From: Desulfobacterales bacterium
GTDB lineage: Bacteria; Desulfobacterota; Desulfobacteria; Desulfobacterales; UBA5616
Direction of reading: 5' to 3'
Assembly (NCBI GenBank): GCA_046483495.1
Contig: JAWODC010000090.1
Coordinates: 64,001 to 128,000, forward strand
Length of the DNA: 64,000 bases
Part shown: in pieces, positions 9,525 through 19,559 of the stretch
Layout of the letters: each line of letters starts with the position of its first letter
Position numbering within the stretch: the first letter of the stretch is position 1
Notes under the pieces: generated by a model
Databases searched by the model: none
What the model was told of the DNA's origin: nothing
What the model saw: the letters and a program-made list of their open reading frames with translations, nothing else
Made by a program: the position numbers and the translations under genes

Positions 9525-9821
9525 TCACTCTGCAAACCCATAGTGAAACACCTCGTAGTCCGTATGCCCTCCAAGTATTTCATCGATTTCACGCTGAATA
9601 CTCCGCCGCTCCTCGCTGGACAGCCACTCTTCCCAGTCATCGGAGGATTTCCAGTTGCTGATGACGAGAAAAACATCGGGACGATCCAGGCTTCGAAGGG
9701 TTTCACCTGAAATGTAGCCCCGCCGCACAACGGCAAGAGACCTCATTTTCCTGAACAGCGGCATCACCTCTTTGGTTTTATTTTCGGGAACCACCCTTTT
9801 GATGAGGACTTTTACAGCCAT
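9525..9821 (-). CDS. Antibiotic biosynthesis monooxygenase (ABM) family protein
   Basis: GYISGETL...LVISNWKS..DWEEW pattern; about 98 aa. Confidence 0.85.
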   Translation of the reverse strand: MAVKVLIKRVVPENKTKEVMPLFRKMRSLAVVRRGYISGETLRSLDRPDVFLVISNWKSSDDWEEWLSSEERRSIQREIDEILGGHTDYEVFHYGFAE

Positions 9822-9845
9822 ATCCAACCTCTTTGTATTGGGTCT

Positions 9846-11057
9846 TCACATTTCGGGCCCTGGCACAGCGGTTTGGACCGCCGCCTGAACTTGCCGAACG
9901 TCGTTGCGTCTTTTTTTGCTCCTTTCCATGATTATTACGCTGATGACCAGGCATTCGAGACCGAACGGCAAATAACCCCCATATCCCAGGATGGGCATTT
10001 CGAAAATGTGAAACCGCTCTACAAACGGAATCGCATATTCCCATTTTGGAAAGCTCCAATAGTTCCACATTTCCCAAAAAAATCCGCACATCAGGGCCGC
10101 CGCCGGTGCGAAAACGATCGTCTTCCAATTCCCGGAATCGATCATGTCCGAAAATATGTGCTTTTCCCGGAAAAGGGACTGCAGTGAGGTAATGATCAGC
10201 AAGGGGGAGATCCAGAGCAGCGGGAAAAGCACATTCGGCCACACGCCGATAAACGCCAATCCAACTCCGGAGATTCCCAGAACGGTTACGGCCGGCCACC
10301 GGCCCTCGGGAGGTTTCGGTGAACGGAATCGAAACGGCGCCTCATCCGAAACCGTAAACGAGATCAGGTAGTGGTAAGTCGAGTATACCGCCGGCAGGAC
10401 GGTTGAAAAGGATATGGACGCGAATACGATGTATTGGGCCGTGGTAAAGTGCGCGACCCCCAGGTAGACCCAATTTTGAACATACCGGTTCAGGTATTCG
10501 AAAAACCACCAGAAAACGGCACTTGCCGGAAAAAGCAGCCCGAAGCGAAGGGGGGATTCATTCAGAGGGCACACCCCGCGTCGCCGACAGCAGAGGGCGT
10601 TGATTACGAGGATGTATCCCAGCCACAAGGGAAAAAACGTGTGCTGCCAGACAGCGCCGCTTCGTTCGAAACGGCCCCATGCCGCAACCCATCCTGTGAT
10701 GACGATCACAATGCCGATCCAGCCCCACCAGGGAAAAGGGGCGACCGCCTTCTTCTTGACCTTTATTCCTCCATTGCGTATAAAATAAACCAGCATACGG
10801 CCGAGGAAAAGCAAAAGGACCAGGTCAACGACCCCCACCGCGATAAACGCGGGCCACGAAAAGCCGGGGTGGTCTACATATCGTGTCAGCGGCGGGAATT
10901 CGAGAAAACGGCGGGCATCGATCCCCGTCAGGTAAACGCTGATCAGTGGAAGGCAAACCAGCATGGCTGCCATTATGCCGAACTTGAGAATTGCGGAAAC
11001 GACTGGATTGTGGGGGGAATTTTTCAAGGGAAATCCTCGTTTCGTCTGTTGCTGCAA
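9846..11057 (-). CDS. Conserved polytopic membrane protein of unknown function
   Basis: Multiple TM segments; duplicated motif WWFFEYLN..VQNWVY / FFWEMWNYWSFPKWEY; FEMPILGYGGYLPFG; start uncertain. Confidence 0.78.
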   Translation of the reverse strand: MQQQTKRGFPLKNSPHNPVVSAILKFGIMAAMLVCLPLISVYLTGIDARRFLEFPPLTRYVDHPGFSWPAFIAVGVVDLVLLLFLGRMLVYFIRNGGIKVKKKAVAPFPWWGWIGIVIVITGWVAAWGRFERSGAVWQHTFFPLWLGYILVINALCCRRRGVCPLNESPLRFGLLFPASAVFWWFFEYLNRYVQNWVYLGVAHFTTAQYIVFASISFSTVLPAVYSTYHYLISFTVSDEAPFRFRSPKPPEGRWPAVTVLGISGVGLAFIGVWPNVLFPLLWISPLLIITSLQSLFREKHIFSDMIDSGNWKTIVFAPAAALMCGFFWEMWNYWSFPKWEYAIPFVERFHIFEMPILGYGGYLPFGLECLVISVIIMERSKKRRNDVRQVQAAVQTAVPGPEM

Positions 11058-11093
11058 AACGGTTGTGCCGCAATCCGGCGAAAATTCATTATC

Positions 11094-11750
11094 ATGCTGA
11101 AACGCGAAGAAATCAACCGAAAACTACTGCACATCGTTGCGCTGCTCATGCCGATCGGCATCTTTTACGTTCCTGTATTGACGCCCTGTTCGAAATGGAC
11201 GGGACCGGCTGTTTTGGCCGGATTGTTCACGGCATCCATTTTCCTGGAAGAATTGCGCCTGAAAAACCGGGGCATTCGCGAACGATTCACCGCCTGGTTC
11301 GGCACACTCATGAGGCAGGATGAAAAACAGCGCGCAACCGGGGCCACCTTCATTATCGGCGGCGCTTTGATATGCTCGGTGGTGTTTGTGGATTCCCCGC
11401 ATATTTCATTTATCGTATTGACGCTGTTTATTATCGGTGACGCCGCCGCCGCTCTGGTGGGCCAAAGCCTCGGCCGAATCCCGATTTTCGGCAAATCCCT
11501 TGAAGGTTCCATGGCCTGCTTCACGGCATGCATGATCCTGTTTGCGGTTGTATTTCCCCATGTTCCGCTGTTGGAGCGGCAGTGGCAAAGCGGCCACATT
11601 CCCATTTCTTCGATGATCGTCACATCCCTTGCGGTCACCATTCTGGAACTGGTTCCGATACGGATCACCAAACACCTCCTGTTAAACGACAACCTGTACG
11701 TCCCGGTTGCAGCCGGCTTGATTATGAAAGGGTTTACCGTATTATCGTAA
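11094..11750 (+). CDS. CTP-dependent polyprenol/diacylglycerol kinase family (SEC59/DGK1/VTE5-like)
   Basis: RKLLH, GDAAAALVG..G, KSLEGS, DNL motifs; real start is ATG 11094 inside ORF 10434..11750. Confidence 0.85.
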   Translation: MLKREEINRKLLHIVALLMPIGIFYVPVLTPCSKWTGPAVLAGLFTASIFLEELRLKNRGIRERFTAWFGTLMRQDEKQRATGATFIIGGALICSVVFVDSPHISFIVLTLFIIGDAAAALVGQSLGRIPIFGKSLEGSMACFTACMILFAVVFPHVPLLERQWQSGHIPISSMIVTSLAVTILELVPIRITKHLLLNDNLYVPVAAGLIMKGFTVLS

Positions 11751-11766
11751 TGACACGGGTATCGGC

Positions 11767-12027
11767 ATGAAGGTAGCGGTCTCATGTGATGCCGGCGGCA
11801 GCGGGGAAGAGACACCCCGCAGGTTCCGGCTCGGCGACAGAAAAGTTGAAGTTGCACAGATCCTGGATCGGTGGCCGGCAGCAGACCACTGGTATTATAA
11901 AATCCGTGGAGACGACGACAGCATCTATATTCTCCGCCATGATCTTATAACAAACGAGTGGGAAATGACCTTTTATACCGACGTTTCCCTGTCTTTTCCC
12001 GATGTCCCGGATCCGAAAATCATGTAA
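11767..12027 (+). CDS. Small conserved hypothetical protein
   Basis: EETPRRF..G...V..ILDRW...YYKI......YILRHD...W pattern; co-oriented between two clear genes. Confidence 0.72.
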   Translation: MKVAVSCDAGGSGEETPRRFRLGDRKVEVAQILDRWPAADHWYYKIRGDDDSIYILRHDLITNEWEMTFYTDVSLSFPDVPDPKIM

Positions 12028-12055
12028 GTTGCCTATATGGACAGCGGCCGACTGT

Positions 12056-12928
12056 ATGAACGATCTGGAGAAAATACATGTACCTGCCGAATGGCACGCG
12101 GTCCTGGAAAAAATCCCCGGGGGTGAGGTTATGGTCATCGGGGGAACGGATACGGGCAAAAGCACCTTCGTCCGCTGGCTAACCGTTCGGCTGCTCAACC
12201 GTTTCCAGCGCGTCGGCTGGATCGACTGTGATGTGGGCCAGTCCACACTCGGCCTGCCGTCCACACTGAACATGTCCCTGCTGGGTCCATCGGACTCGGC
12301 CGCAACGCCGCCCGATAAGGTGTTCTTCGTCGGTGCGACCTCACCGCGCGGTCACATGCTGCCGATGCTGGTCGGCGCCGAACGTCTGGTTCAATCCGCA
12401 CGCACCGCCGGCATCGAATGCCTGGTGACGGATACCACCGGGATAGTGAGTGCCGCCTCCGGCGGCGGCGCCCTGAAGCAGTGGAAAATAGAGCTCCTCA
12501 GGCCCGACATTGTAGTCGCTTTCGAGCATCACCGTGAACTGGACCACATTTTACAGCCCCTGGAAAAATCGCTTAAGCCGACAGTGCATCGGTTGCGGCC
12601 TTCCCCGGCCGTGCAGTTTCGTGAACCGCACATGCTGGAAAGTCTCCGATGGCAGCGGTACCGCAGCTATTTTTCAGGTGCGGTCCAACGGCATATCCCG
12701 GTTCGGAATCGGCCGGTATTCAATTCTGAAAAAGCGGCTGAAGGATCCTTGACGGCACTCCAGAATGCTTCCGGTTTTTGCCTTTCCATCGGAATCCTCT
12801 CACATCTCACCGAAAGAACGATCGAACTGATCGCCCCGCGCACGGACCTTGGCACGCTCGCCGGTATTCGTTTTGGAAATATTCGAATCGATGCTGACAG
12901 CTTGAGGGAAAAATCACCTGCGCCTTAA
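12056..12928 (+). CDS. Clp1/Grc3/Nol9-family polynucleotide 5'-hydroxyl kinase
   Basis: P-loop GGTDTGKST, DCDVGQSTLGLP, DTTG, C-terminal R..R...YF lid; start uncertain (12002 or 12056). Confidence 0.85.
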   Translation: MNDLEKIHVPAEWHAVLEKIPGGEVMVIGGTDTGKSTFVRWLTVRLLNRFQRVGWIDCDVGQSTLGLPSTLNMSLLGPSDSAATPPDKVFFVGATSPRGHMLPMLVGAERLVQSARTAGIECLVTDTTGIVSAASGGGALKQWKIELLRPDIVVAFEHHRELDHILQPLEKSLKPTVHRLRPSPAVQFREPHMLESLRWQRYRSYFSGAVQRHIPVRNRPVFNSEKAAEGSLTALQNASGFCLSIGILSHLTERTIELIAPRTDLGTLAGIRFGNIRIDADSLREKSPAP

Positions 12929-13620
12929 TTTCCGATGCCCTTTGACCCGGCAACAGCAAGGAGAGCCCGCTTGCGTACCGAAGCCGGCGTTACGATGCCG
13001 GTAAAATCGATATGGTCCATCTGCGGAAAAGCGTTTCCATTATAATTCAGAATCAACCCATCGAGCAGCGGCGGATCGCTTTGGGCCTGCAGAAAGTTGG
13101 CTGCAATCATGTAAAAAGTGGTTTGGCCGCCGAAAGAACCCTGAAAAAAATGCCTGAGGGCTATTTTGTTCTGATCCTCCATTTCGATAACGGCAATCCG
13201 GCGGCGCGGATGGGATTCGCCGATATAATAAATTTTTTCGATGTCAAAATGGATGAGGCTGTCATCCCCCCGGGGGGTTTTACCGAAATAGGTCTTTTCC
13301 AAATACCCGGCAAGTAATGTCAAGGCATCTTCAACCGCAATGTTTTCGGGATGCCGGACCGGCCGGGCGGATTCTAAGACCTCTTCCGTACCGGGTTCGA
13401 ACGTATACAGAATCCCCGTATACACCGATGCCGCACCGGGTTCTGTACGGCTTTTTTCGGAATCACCGGAAAGCACCAGAACGGCCGTCATAAATCCCGA
13501 CAGGAAAATCGCCGCTATACCCCCGATCATCGATACCCGGGCGATTTTCGTGTATTTGACAGGCTTTTCTGTCATATGACCTCTGTTTTCCTGCAAACGG
13601 TTTTCGTTTTCCATTATCAA
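12925..13620 (-). CDS. Hypothetical membrane-anchored protein
   Basis: 231-aa ORF with one N-terminal TM helix; fills the gap between two + genes. Confidence 0.65.
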   Translation of the reverse strand: MIMENENRLQENRGHMTEKPVKYTKIARVSMIGGIAAIFLSGFMTAVLVLSGDSEKSRTEPGAASVYTGILYTFEPGTEEVLESARPVRHPENIAVEDALTLLAGYLEKTYFGKTPRGDDSLIHFDIEKIYYIGESHPRRRIAVIEMEDQNKIALRHFFQGSFGGQTTFYMIAANFLQAQSDPPLLDGLILNYNGNAFPQMDHIDFTGIVTPASVRKRALLAVAGSKGIGN

Positions 13621-13773
13621 CTATGTCAAAAACCAACCGGCAAATCAATAGCTTAACACCTCCTCGATTTTTTTTGTAGACAAACCACCGGGCAGCAGCG
13701 TCTTTTCAGGAAAACGACCGTGATCTCAATTATCGCTTCAAGCATCTTTATAATTGCCAACCCGGAGGATCAC

Positions 13774-14202
13774 ATGAAGAAGCTTATGATGCTGCTGATC
13801 ATCATTGGACTAGCCGGCCTCGGTTGCGCGAACACCGGACGCTATAATACCCAAAAAGGAGCCGCTATCGGTGCGGGACTCGGCGCTTTGGCCGGGCAGG
13901 CCATCGGCAACGACACCCGTTCAACGCTGATCGGAACCGGGGTGGGAACCCTGCTGGGCACGATTGTGGGAAACGGAATCGATCAACAGGAAGACGAATA
14001 CCGCAGTCGCTCAAGGCAATACGAACATCCGATTCACCACAGCGGTGCGTATGAAAGCCGGTATTACGGACATCGTGAAAACGGCGAAGCCGCGGGTTGC
14101 CGTCAACCCCCGCCGGGCAGGTGGGTTATGGTGCCGGGCCACTGGGAAGGCCGCCGCTGGATACCGGCCCACGAAATATGGATGCCGGTAAACCCGCGAT
14201 AA
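13774..14202 (+). CDS. Glycine-zipper lipoprotein with C-terminal YXWGXW-like repeat
   Basis: GGAGG RBS, lipobox LAGLGC, GAAIGAGLGALAGQAIG zipper, WVMVPGHWEGRRWIPAH. Confidence 0.85.
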   Translation: MKKLMMLLIIIGLAGLGCANTGRYNTQKGAAIGAGLGALAGQAIGNDTRSTLIGTGVGTLLGTIVGNGIDQQEDEYRSRSRQYEHPIHHSGAYESRYYGHRENGEAAGCRQPPPGRWVMVPGHWEGRRWIPAHEIWMPVNPR

Positions 14203-14211
14203 GGCCGCATC

Positions 14212-14268
14212 CTTATTCCCGAATCCGTTTATGAGCCTTAAAAAACCGGATTCGGAAATAAGAAAAAA
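14212..14268. terminator. Inverted repeat, probable terminator between convergent genes
   Basis: CTTATTCCCGAATCCG ... CGGATTCGGAAATAAG followed by an A-run. Confidence 0.55.
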
Positions 14269-14273
14269 ATCTC

Positions 14274-15533
14274 CTATTCTTTTTTCGGGGGATTCATAAA
14301 CAGCGACGCGATAAACGCCATCCCCAGTATGATGGACAATAAAAGGAAAGCCGTTTGATAGCTGCCGGTTTTTTCGAAAATAAACCCTGCGCCGACCGGC
14401 ACCATCGCCCCGAAAAATACCACCGTCGGGCCGACGATCCCGTTAATGGAGGCGAAGGCTTCAACGCCATAATAATTGCCCAGCAGCGTCGGAAACATGA
14501 TCAATTGCGAACCATAACAGAAACCGAGAATCATTCCGGCGGTGATCACGAATGTCAGGTCCGTCAATTTCCACAAACCGATAAACATCACCAGCATGAT
14601 GCCCAATGTCGCGCTGATGATCCACCTCGGCTCCACCCGATCACCGAGCCAACCGACGGGAAAACGGGCCAATCCGCTGCCCAGAATGACGAAACTCAGG
14701 ACGGAAGCCGCCTCCATTTCGGTAAACCCCTTGTCCGTGAAATGGAGCACACCGTGGCTGGTGATCATGAAAAGGATCATGATATGGCCGACGATGGTGG
14801 CGATAAAAAACCATAACGTGCGCGTTTTCAAGGCTTCTCTGAATTCCCATGCGGCATGGGTGCGATATGTTTTCGTTCGCTTAACGTTTTCTCCGGCCGC
14901 CGCTGCTTTTTCCGGTGAAAGGCCGTCCGAATACTGCCCTACATCCTGGGGTTTGCCGATCAGCAGAAAACTGGCGATAAGGCCCACGAGGGCAAAGCCT
15001 GCGCCGGTCAGCCATCCGACCTGCCAGGTGCCGGTTTGTTCCATGAGCCACGTGTAAAACGGCTGAGCCAGGAATCCGCCTGCAGCCGCGCCGGTCATGA
15101 CGAGCCCGATCGCCGTACCCCGATTGATGTTGAACCAGTACATCAATATGGTTTGAATGGGGACGACACCGCAAAATGCAAACCCTGTCCCTACAACGAA
15201 TCCCCATAAAATGATCCATTGCCACATCTCGGATGTCACCGTCCCCAGCAGAACCAGCCCGAAAAGCAGCAAGCTCGTGCCGATGAGGATGGTTTTTCTT
15301 GCCCCGATTTTATTGATACAAATCGCCGCAAGAGGGACGCCGAAACCCATCAGCAGCGTGCAGATCGTATGGGCGATGGATGCGGATCCCCTGCTCCACC
15401 CCAGCGTTTTGATCATCATGGGGAAAATGACGGAAAAGCCATAAAATACCATCCCCAGGGTAGACATATAGATTAGAAACAAGAGGCCTACATTTTTCCA
15501 TCCATAGAAACCGGGTTTTACACTTGGGTTCAT
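14274..15533 (-). CDS. MFS transporter (OFA/MCT-like)
   Basis: About 12 TM; GWLGDRVEPR; same family pattern as 40..1320. Confidence 0.92.
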   Translation of the reverse strand: MNPSVKPGFYGWKNVGLLFLIYMSTLGMVFYGFSVIFPMMIKTLGWSRGSASIAHTICTLLMGFGVPLAAICINKIGARKTILIGTSLLLFGLVLLGTVTSEMWQWIILWGFVVGTGFAFCGVVPIQTILMYWFNINRGTAIGLVMTGAAAGGFLAQPFYTWLMEQTGTWQVGWLTGAGFALVGLIASFLLIGKPQDVGQYSDGLSPEKAAAAGENVKRTKTYRTHAAWEFREALKTRTLWFFIATIVGHIMILFMITSHGVLHFTDKGFTEMEAASVLSFVILGSGLARFPVGWLGDRVEPRWIISATLGIMLVMFIGLWKLTDLTFVITAGMILGFCYGSQLIMFPTLLGNYYGVEAFASINGIVGPTVVFFGAMVPVGAGFIFEKTGSYQTAFLLLSIILGMAFIASLFMNPPKKE

Positions 15534-15991
15534 TTTTTCTCCTTTCCGAAAAAACAGGCATTCCTATCGTGGGTATGAACATGCCGGCGCAGGACAAGGT
15601 GATGGTTTATTCAGCGCCCATAAGAAGTCAGGGCCATTTTCGGCGGGTTTGTGCGGCGGTCCACACAGCGTTGTCACGAACCCCCGCAACCTGCGACTGC
15701 AAAACCATATCCTAATGAAGAAAAAAGGAAAATAATTTTTTTTTATAAACGCCGGATGAAATTTTACTGAATCCCCAATACCGGATGAATGATCCGAAAT
15801 GTGGACATCCTTCCAAAAGATGGTTGACAAACACGTGAATATAAGCAAAAAAAATAAGCTTATTCGATTTTTTTTCATCAAATATCGTCCATCTGCATAA
15901 CGGCTCAACCCACTGGTATTCGTGCCCCTATCGATAATTCATTTACGGACGGACACGAAAGAACAGTGTTTCACCAAAAAAGGAGGGATTT

Positions 15992-17212
15992 ATGGACTAT
16001 CGACTGACGCCCGAACAGGAAGCCTTCCGAAAGGAATTTTCCGAGTGGCTGGATCAGAATCTCCCGGAGGGATTCGACCCTTCGAAAAGACGGAATTACA
16101 AAACTTCCGAAGAGCATCTCGCCGCCTATAAGGAATTCCAAAACCGTCTATACAAGGGCGGTTATACGGCCATGCACTATTCTGAAGAATACGGCGGACA
16201 GGGCAAGACACTGATGGAAGAATCCATCGTTTTGCGAACAATCGCCGAAAAATGCATGGAGTTGAGGGGCCCCGGCGTGATCACCTTCGGGATGGCCGTC
16301 CCCACGATTCACACCTGCGGAAGTGAAGAGCAAAAACGCAAATATCTCCCCAAAATTATGGATGGAACCCACCTGTGGTGCCAGGGATTCAGCGAGCCGG
16401 AAGCGGGTTCCGACGTCGCGAATGTTTCCACGATGGCCATCAGAAAAGGCGATCATTACGTCGTCAACGGCCAGAAAGTATGGACCAGTATGGCTCACAT
16501 GGCGGACTACTGCATTCTGCTTGTCCGGACAGATCCTGAGGCCGTCAAACATCGGGGATTGAGTTATCTGCTGATGGACATGAAGACCCCCGGCGTCGAT
16601 GTCAGGCCCATGAAGCAGATGACGGGAGAAGCCGATTTCAATGAAATCTTCATGGACAACGTAAACGTTCCCGTTGAAAATCTCGTGGGCAAGGAGGGGG
16701 ACGGCTGGATGATCGCCATCACGACCCTGATGTTCGAGCGCGCTTTGGGGGATGTCACCATGGCAGCAATTTATGAGAAGACCATCAGTAACATGCTGGC
16801 GATGGCCAAGACCGCCAAACGCTCGGGAAAACCGGCCATCGAGGATCCGCTTTTCAGGCAGAAACTGGCGCGGCACTATATCGAGGTGATGGTCCTGAAA
16901 TATCATGGTCTTCGAAATTTCAGCAAAACCATGAAAGCCGGCGTGCCGGGGCCGGAAAGCTCCATCGGTAAGCTGCTGTGGAGTGAACCCAACCAGGGCA
17001 TCACCGATGACGCCCTCAATATCGAAGGGCCCGTCGGCCAGATAACGGAAAATTCCCCCTGGTCGATAAATGACGGCGCCTGGCAATATGCGTTTCTCAG
17101 ATCCAAGGGAAATACCATCGAGGCCGGCAGCTCTGAAATTCTACGAAACATCATCGGAGAGCGTGTACTCGGCCTGCCCAAAGATGCATCCAGAGCCGTT
17201 GTGAGAAAATAA
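15992..17212 (+). CDS. Acyl-CoA dehydrogenase, catalytic subunit of a heteromeric pair (FadE26/FadE29-like)
   Basis: WCQGFSEPEAGSD, NGQKVWTS, TLMFER, IEAGSSEILRNIIGERVLGLP; AGGAGG RBS. Confidence 0.93.
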   Translation: MDYRLTPEQEAFRKEFSEWLDQNLPEGFDPSKRRNYKTSEEHLAAYKEFQNRLYKGGYTAMHYSEEYGGQGKTLMEESIVLRTIAEKCMELRGPGVITFGMAVPTIHTCGSEEQKRKYLPKIMDGTHLWCQGFSEPEAGSDVANVSTMAIRKGDHYVVNGQKVWTSMAHMADYCILLVRTDPEAVKHRGLSYLLMDMKTPGVDVRPMKQMTGEADFNEIFMDNVNVPVENLVGKEGDGWMIAITTLMFERALGDVTMAAIYEKTISNMLAMAKTAKRSGKPAIEDPLFRQKLARHYIEVMVLKYHGLRNFSKTMKAGVPGPESSIGKLLWSEPNQGITDDALNIEGPVGQITENSPWSINDGAWQYAFLRSKGNTIEAGSSEILRNIIGERVLGLPKDASRAVVRK

Positions 17213-17226
17213 GGAGGGAAGCACTC

Positions 17227-18369
17227 ATGGATATTACGTTAAGCAAGTCACAACAGGATATCGCCAAGGAGGCGCGCAATTTTTTAAAGAAGGAATGCCC
17301 CAGGGAATTCGTGGAGGAAATGCACGATAACGAAAACGGGTATACGGATGCGCTATGGTCGAAAATCGTCAAAATCGACTGGCAAGCCATGTACATACCC
17401 GAAGCATACGAAGGCATGGGCATGTCGTTGCTGGATCTCGTTATGATTCTGGAGGAAACCGGCCGCGCCCTTCTGCCCGGCCCTTTTTTCTCCACGGTCT
17501 TGTATGCGGCCGAAATGGTCAAGGCTGCGGGAAGCGAAGCACAGAAGGAAAAATACCTGAAAGCGATTGCAAACGGCGATCTCAAAGCAACGGTTGCCGT
17601 GCATGAACCGGATGGCGGCGCCGACCTGGATTACATTCAGATGGAAGCCGTATCCGACGGCGGCGGATATCGGTTGAATGGAACCAAGGTGCTGGTCCCG
17701 GATGCGCATGTATCCGATCTTATCATCTGCGCGGTCCGCACATCTCCGGGAGATTCACCCGAAAACGGCGTGACGCTTTTTATCGTCGATACCGATACAG
17801 AGGGGGTTACCGTATCCCCGCTGCCTACCATGGATGCCGTAAGGAAATACAGTGTGGTCGAATTCAAGAATGTAAACGTCGGTTCGGATGCCGTTTTAGG
17901 AGAGGTCGACAAGGGATGGCCGCCCTTTTTTACCGCCGTTCAGAGGGCCAATGTGGGAATCGCGGCGGAATCCATCGGCGGCGCCCAATGGGCTATGGAG
18001 GCCGCCACGGATTATGCCAAGATGAGGGTGCAGTTCGATCAACCGATCGGTGCGTTTCAGGCGATCAAGCACCGCTGCGCCCAAATGTTCGCCGACGTGG
18101 AAAGCTCCCGGTCGCTCTTGTATTATGCCGCCTGGGCCCAAGATCATGAAGATCCGTCAACAGCCGCCATTGCCGCTTCGGCAGCCAAGGCATTTTGTAC
18201 GGAAGCCTTCAAAAACGTGGTCTGCGGGACCGTTCAGGTCATGGGCGGGGCGGGATTCATTTGGGAGAATGAAGTCCACTTTTACTTAAAGCGGGCCAAG
18301 GCCAATGAAATCATCATGGGAGACCCCGATTACCACCGTGAGAAAATTTTACGACTTCTCTCGCTGTAA
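17227..18369 (+). CDS. Acyl-CoA dehydrogenase, partner subunit (FadE27/FadE28-like)
   Basis: R.QFDQPIGAFQAIKHRCA, QVMGGAGF.WE, HFYLKRA; lacks the IYEG segment. Confidence 0.92.
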   Translation: MDITLSKSQQDIAKEARNFLKKECPREFVEEMHDNENGYTDALWSKIVKIDWQAMYIPEAYEGMGMSLLDLVMILEETGRALLPGPFFSTVLYAAEMVKAAGSEAQKEKYLKAIANGDLKATVAVHEPDGGADLDYIQMEAVSDGGGYRLNGTKVLVPDAHVSDLIICAVRTSPGDSPENGVTLFIVDTDTEGVTVSPLPTMDAVRKYSVVEFKNVNVGSDAVLGEVDKGWPPFFTAVQRANVGIAAESIGGAQWAMEAATDYAKMRVQFDQPIGAFQAIKHRCAQMFADVESSRSLLYYAAWAQDHEDPSTAAIAASAAKAFCTEAFKNVVCGTVQVMGGAGFIWENEVHFYLKRAKANEIIMGDPDYHREKILRLLSL

Positions 18370-18475
18370 TAACAATTGACCGCGATTGACCAACCCTCGG
18401 GCGGTGCCCTGCAGACGCGCCGCCCGTTTCACAAGGGCAGCCCGCGTTGTTCGCGGCTTCATTCGGAGCCTGAAA

Positions 18476-19477
18476 ATGGAAGAAATTTTGCCTCATCTTT
18501 ATCGTGTTGTCGTCCCCCTTCCGAGAAATCCCTTAAAGGAAGTAAACTCCTATATCATCACCTCGAGTGAACGTAATCTCATCATCGACACCGGCATGAA
18601 TCGGCCGGAATGTCAAGAGGTGCTTGAAGCGGGACTCGAAAACATCGGAATCGATCTTGAAAAAACCGATATTATAGCCACCCATTATCATGCCGATCAT
18701 CAGGGGCTGGTGGCCACTTTTTTAAAGGGCGGCTGCCGTGCGTATATGGGAGAAAAAGACGCCGCCGCCATGAACCAGAAGTCGACGACCCATGCCCGTA
18801 AAATGCCGATGGGGGATTACGCCGCCCTGAGCGGTTTTCCGGAAGAAGAGCTTCTATGGGCGCAGCAGAACCACCCGGGCTTCAAGTACGGCCCCCAATC
18901 ATCGGTCGATTACATCGGCGTAAAGGAAGGGAAGATCTTTCGTGTGGGATCCTACACCTTGAGCGTCATGGATACACCGGGCCACACGGAAGGGCACATC
19001 TGCCTTTATGAACCCGACAAAAAGATCTTTTTTTCCGGAGACCACGTGCTGGGAGACATCACCCCGAATATTCAAGCCTGGGCCGACAATTACGATCCGC
19101 TCGATCTTTACATTGCAAGCCTGAAAAAGGTGTACCATCTGGATGTGGCCATGTGCTATCCCGCGCACCGATCCTTCATACCGGATCTAAAAAAACGGGT
19201 CAGTGAACTGATGGAACACCACCGGCTTCGGGCCAATGAAGTCATTGCCATTCTGGAGGAAAAACCGCTCAATGCGTACCAAACCGCATCGCGAATGACG
19301 TGGGACATTGTCGCAAAATCATGGGATGATTTCCCCGTTATGCAGAAGTGGTTTGCGACCGGAGAAGCTATCGCCCACCTGCGGTATCTTGAAAACAAGG
19401 ATTACATCCGCCGGGAAATGGTCGACGGGAAAATCTTTTACGCAAAAATAGCGGGAAAAACCCTGACTTCGGTTTAA
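18476..19477 (+). CDS. Metallo-beta-lactamase-fold hydrolase
   Basis: THYHADH, TPGHTEGH, FSGDHVL..ITPNI, PAH, EAIAHL; start at ATG 18476. Confidence 0.9.
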   Translation: MEEILPHLYRVVVPLPRNPLKEVNSYIITSSERNLIIDTGMNRPECQEVLEAGLENIGIDLEKTDIIATHYHADHQGLVATFLKGGCRAYMGEKDAAAMNQKSTTHARKMPMGDYAALSGFPEEELLWAQQNHPGFKYGPQSSVDYIGVKEGKIFRVGSYTLSVMDTPGHTEGHICLYEPDKKIFFSGDHVLGDITPNIQAWADNYDPLDLYIASLKKVYHLDVAMCYPAHRSFIPDLKKRVSELMEHHRLRANEVIAILEEKPLNAYQTASRMTWDIVAKSWDDFPVMQKWFATGEAIAHLRYLENKDYIRREMVDGKIFYAKIAGKTLTSV

Positions 19478-19496
19478 CGGGTGAGGACAGAAACGT

Positions 19497-19542
19497 GACG
19501 CGGCCGGGGAATGAATTCGACCGCGTCCTTTCTTCACTTTTG
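19497..19542 (+). terminator. Hairpin with T-rich tail between convergent genes
   Basis: GACGCGGCCG ... CGACCGCGTC followed by CTTTCTTCACTTTT. Confidence 0.5.
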
Positions 19543-19559
19543 GCATGATCCCGATCGTT

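Noticed and set aside
9383..9661. 92-aa ORF MADSLHFGVG...
   Set aside because: It starts inside the MITE and overlaps the ABM gene on the other strand; a repeat-derived spurious ORF
10434..11093. 5' half of the 438-aa ORF
   Set aside because: Antisense shadow of the membrane-protein gene; kinase similarity starts at ATG 11094
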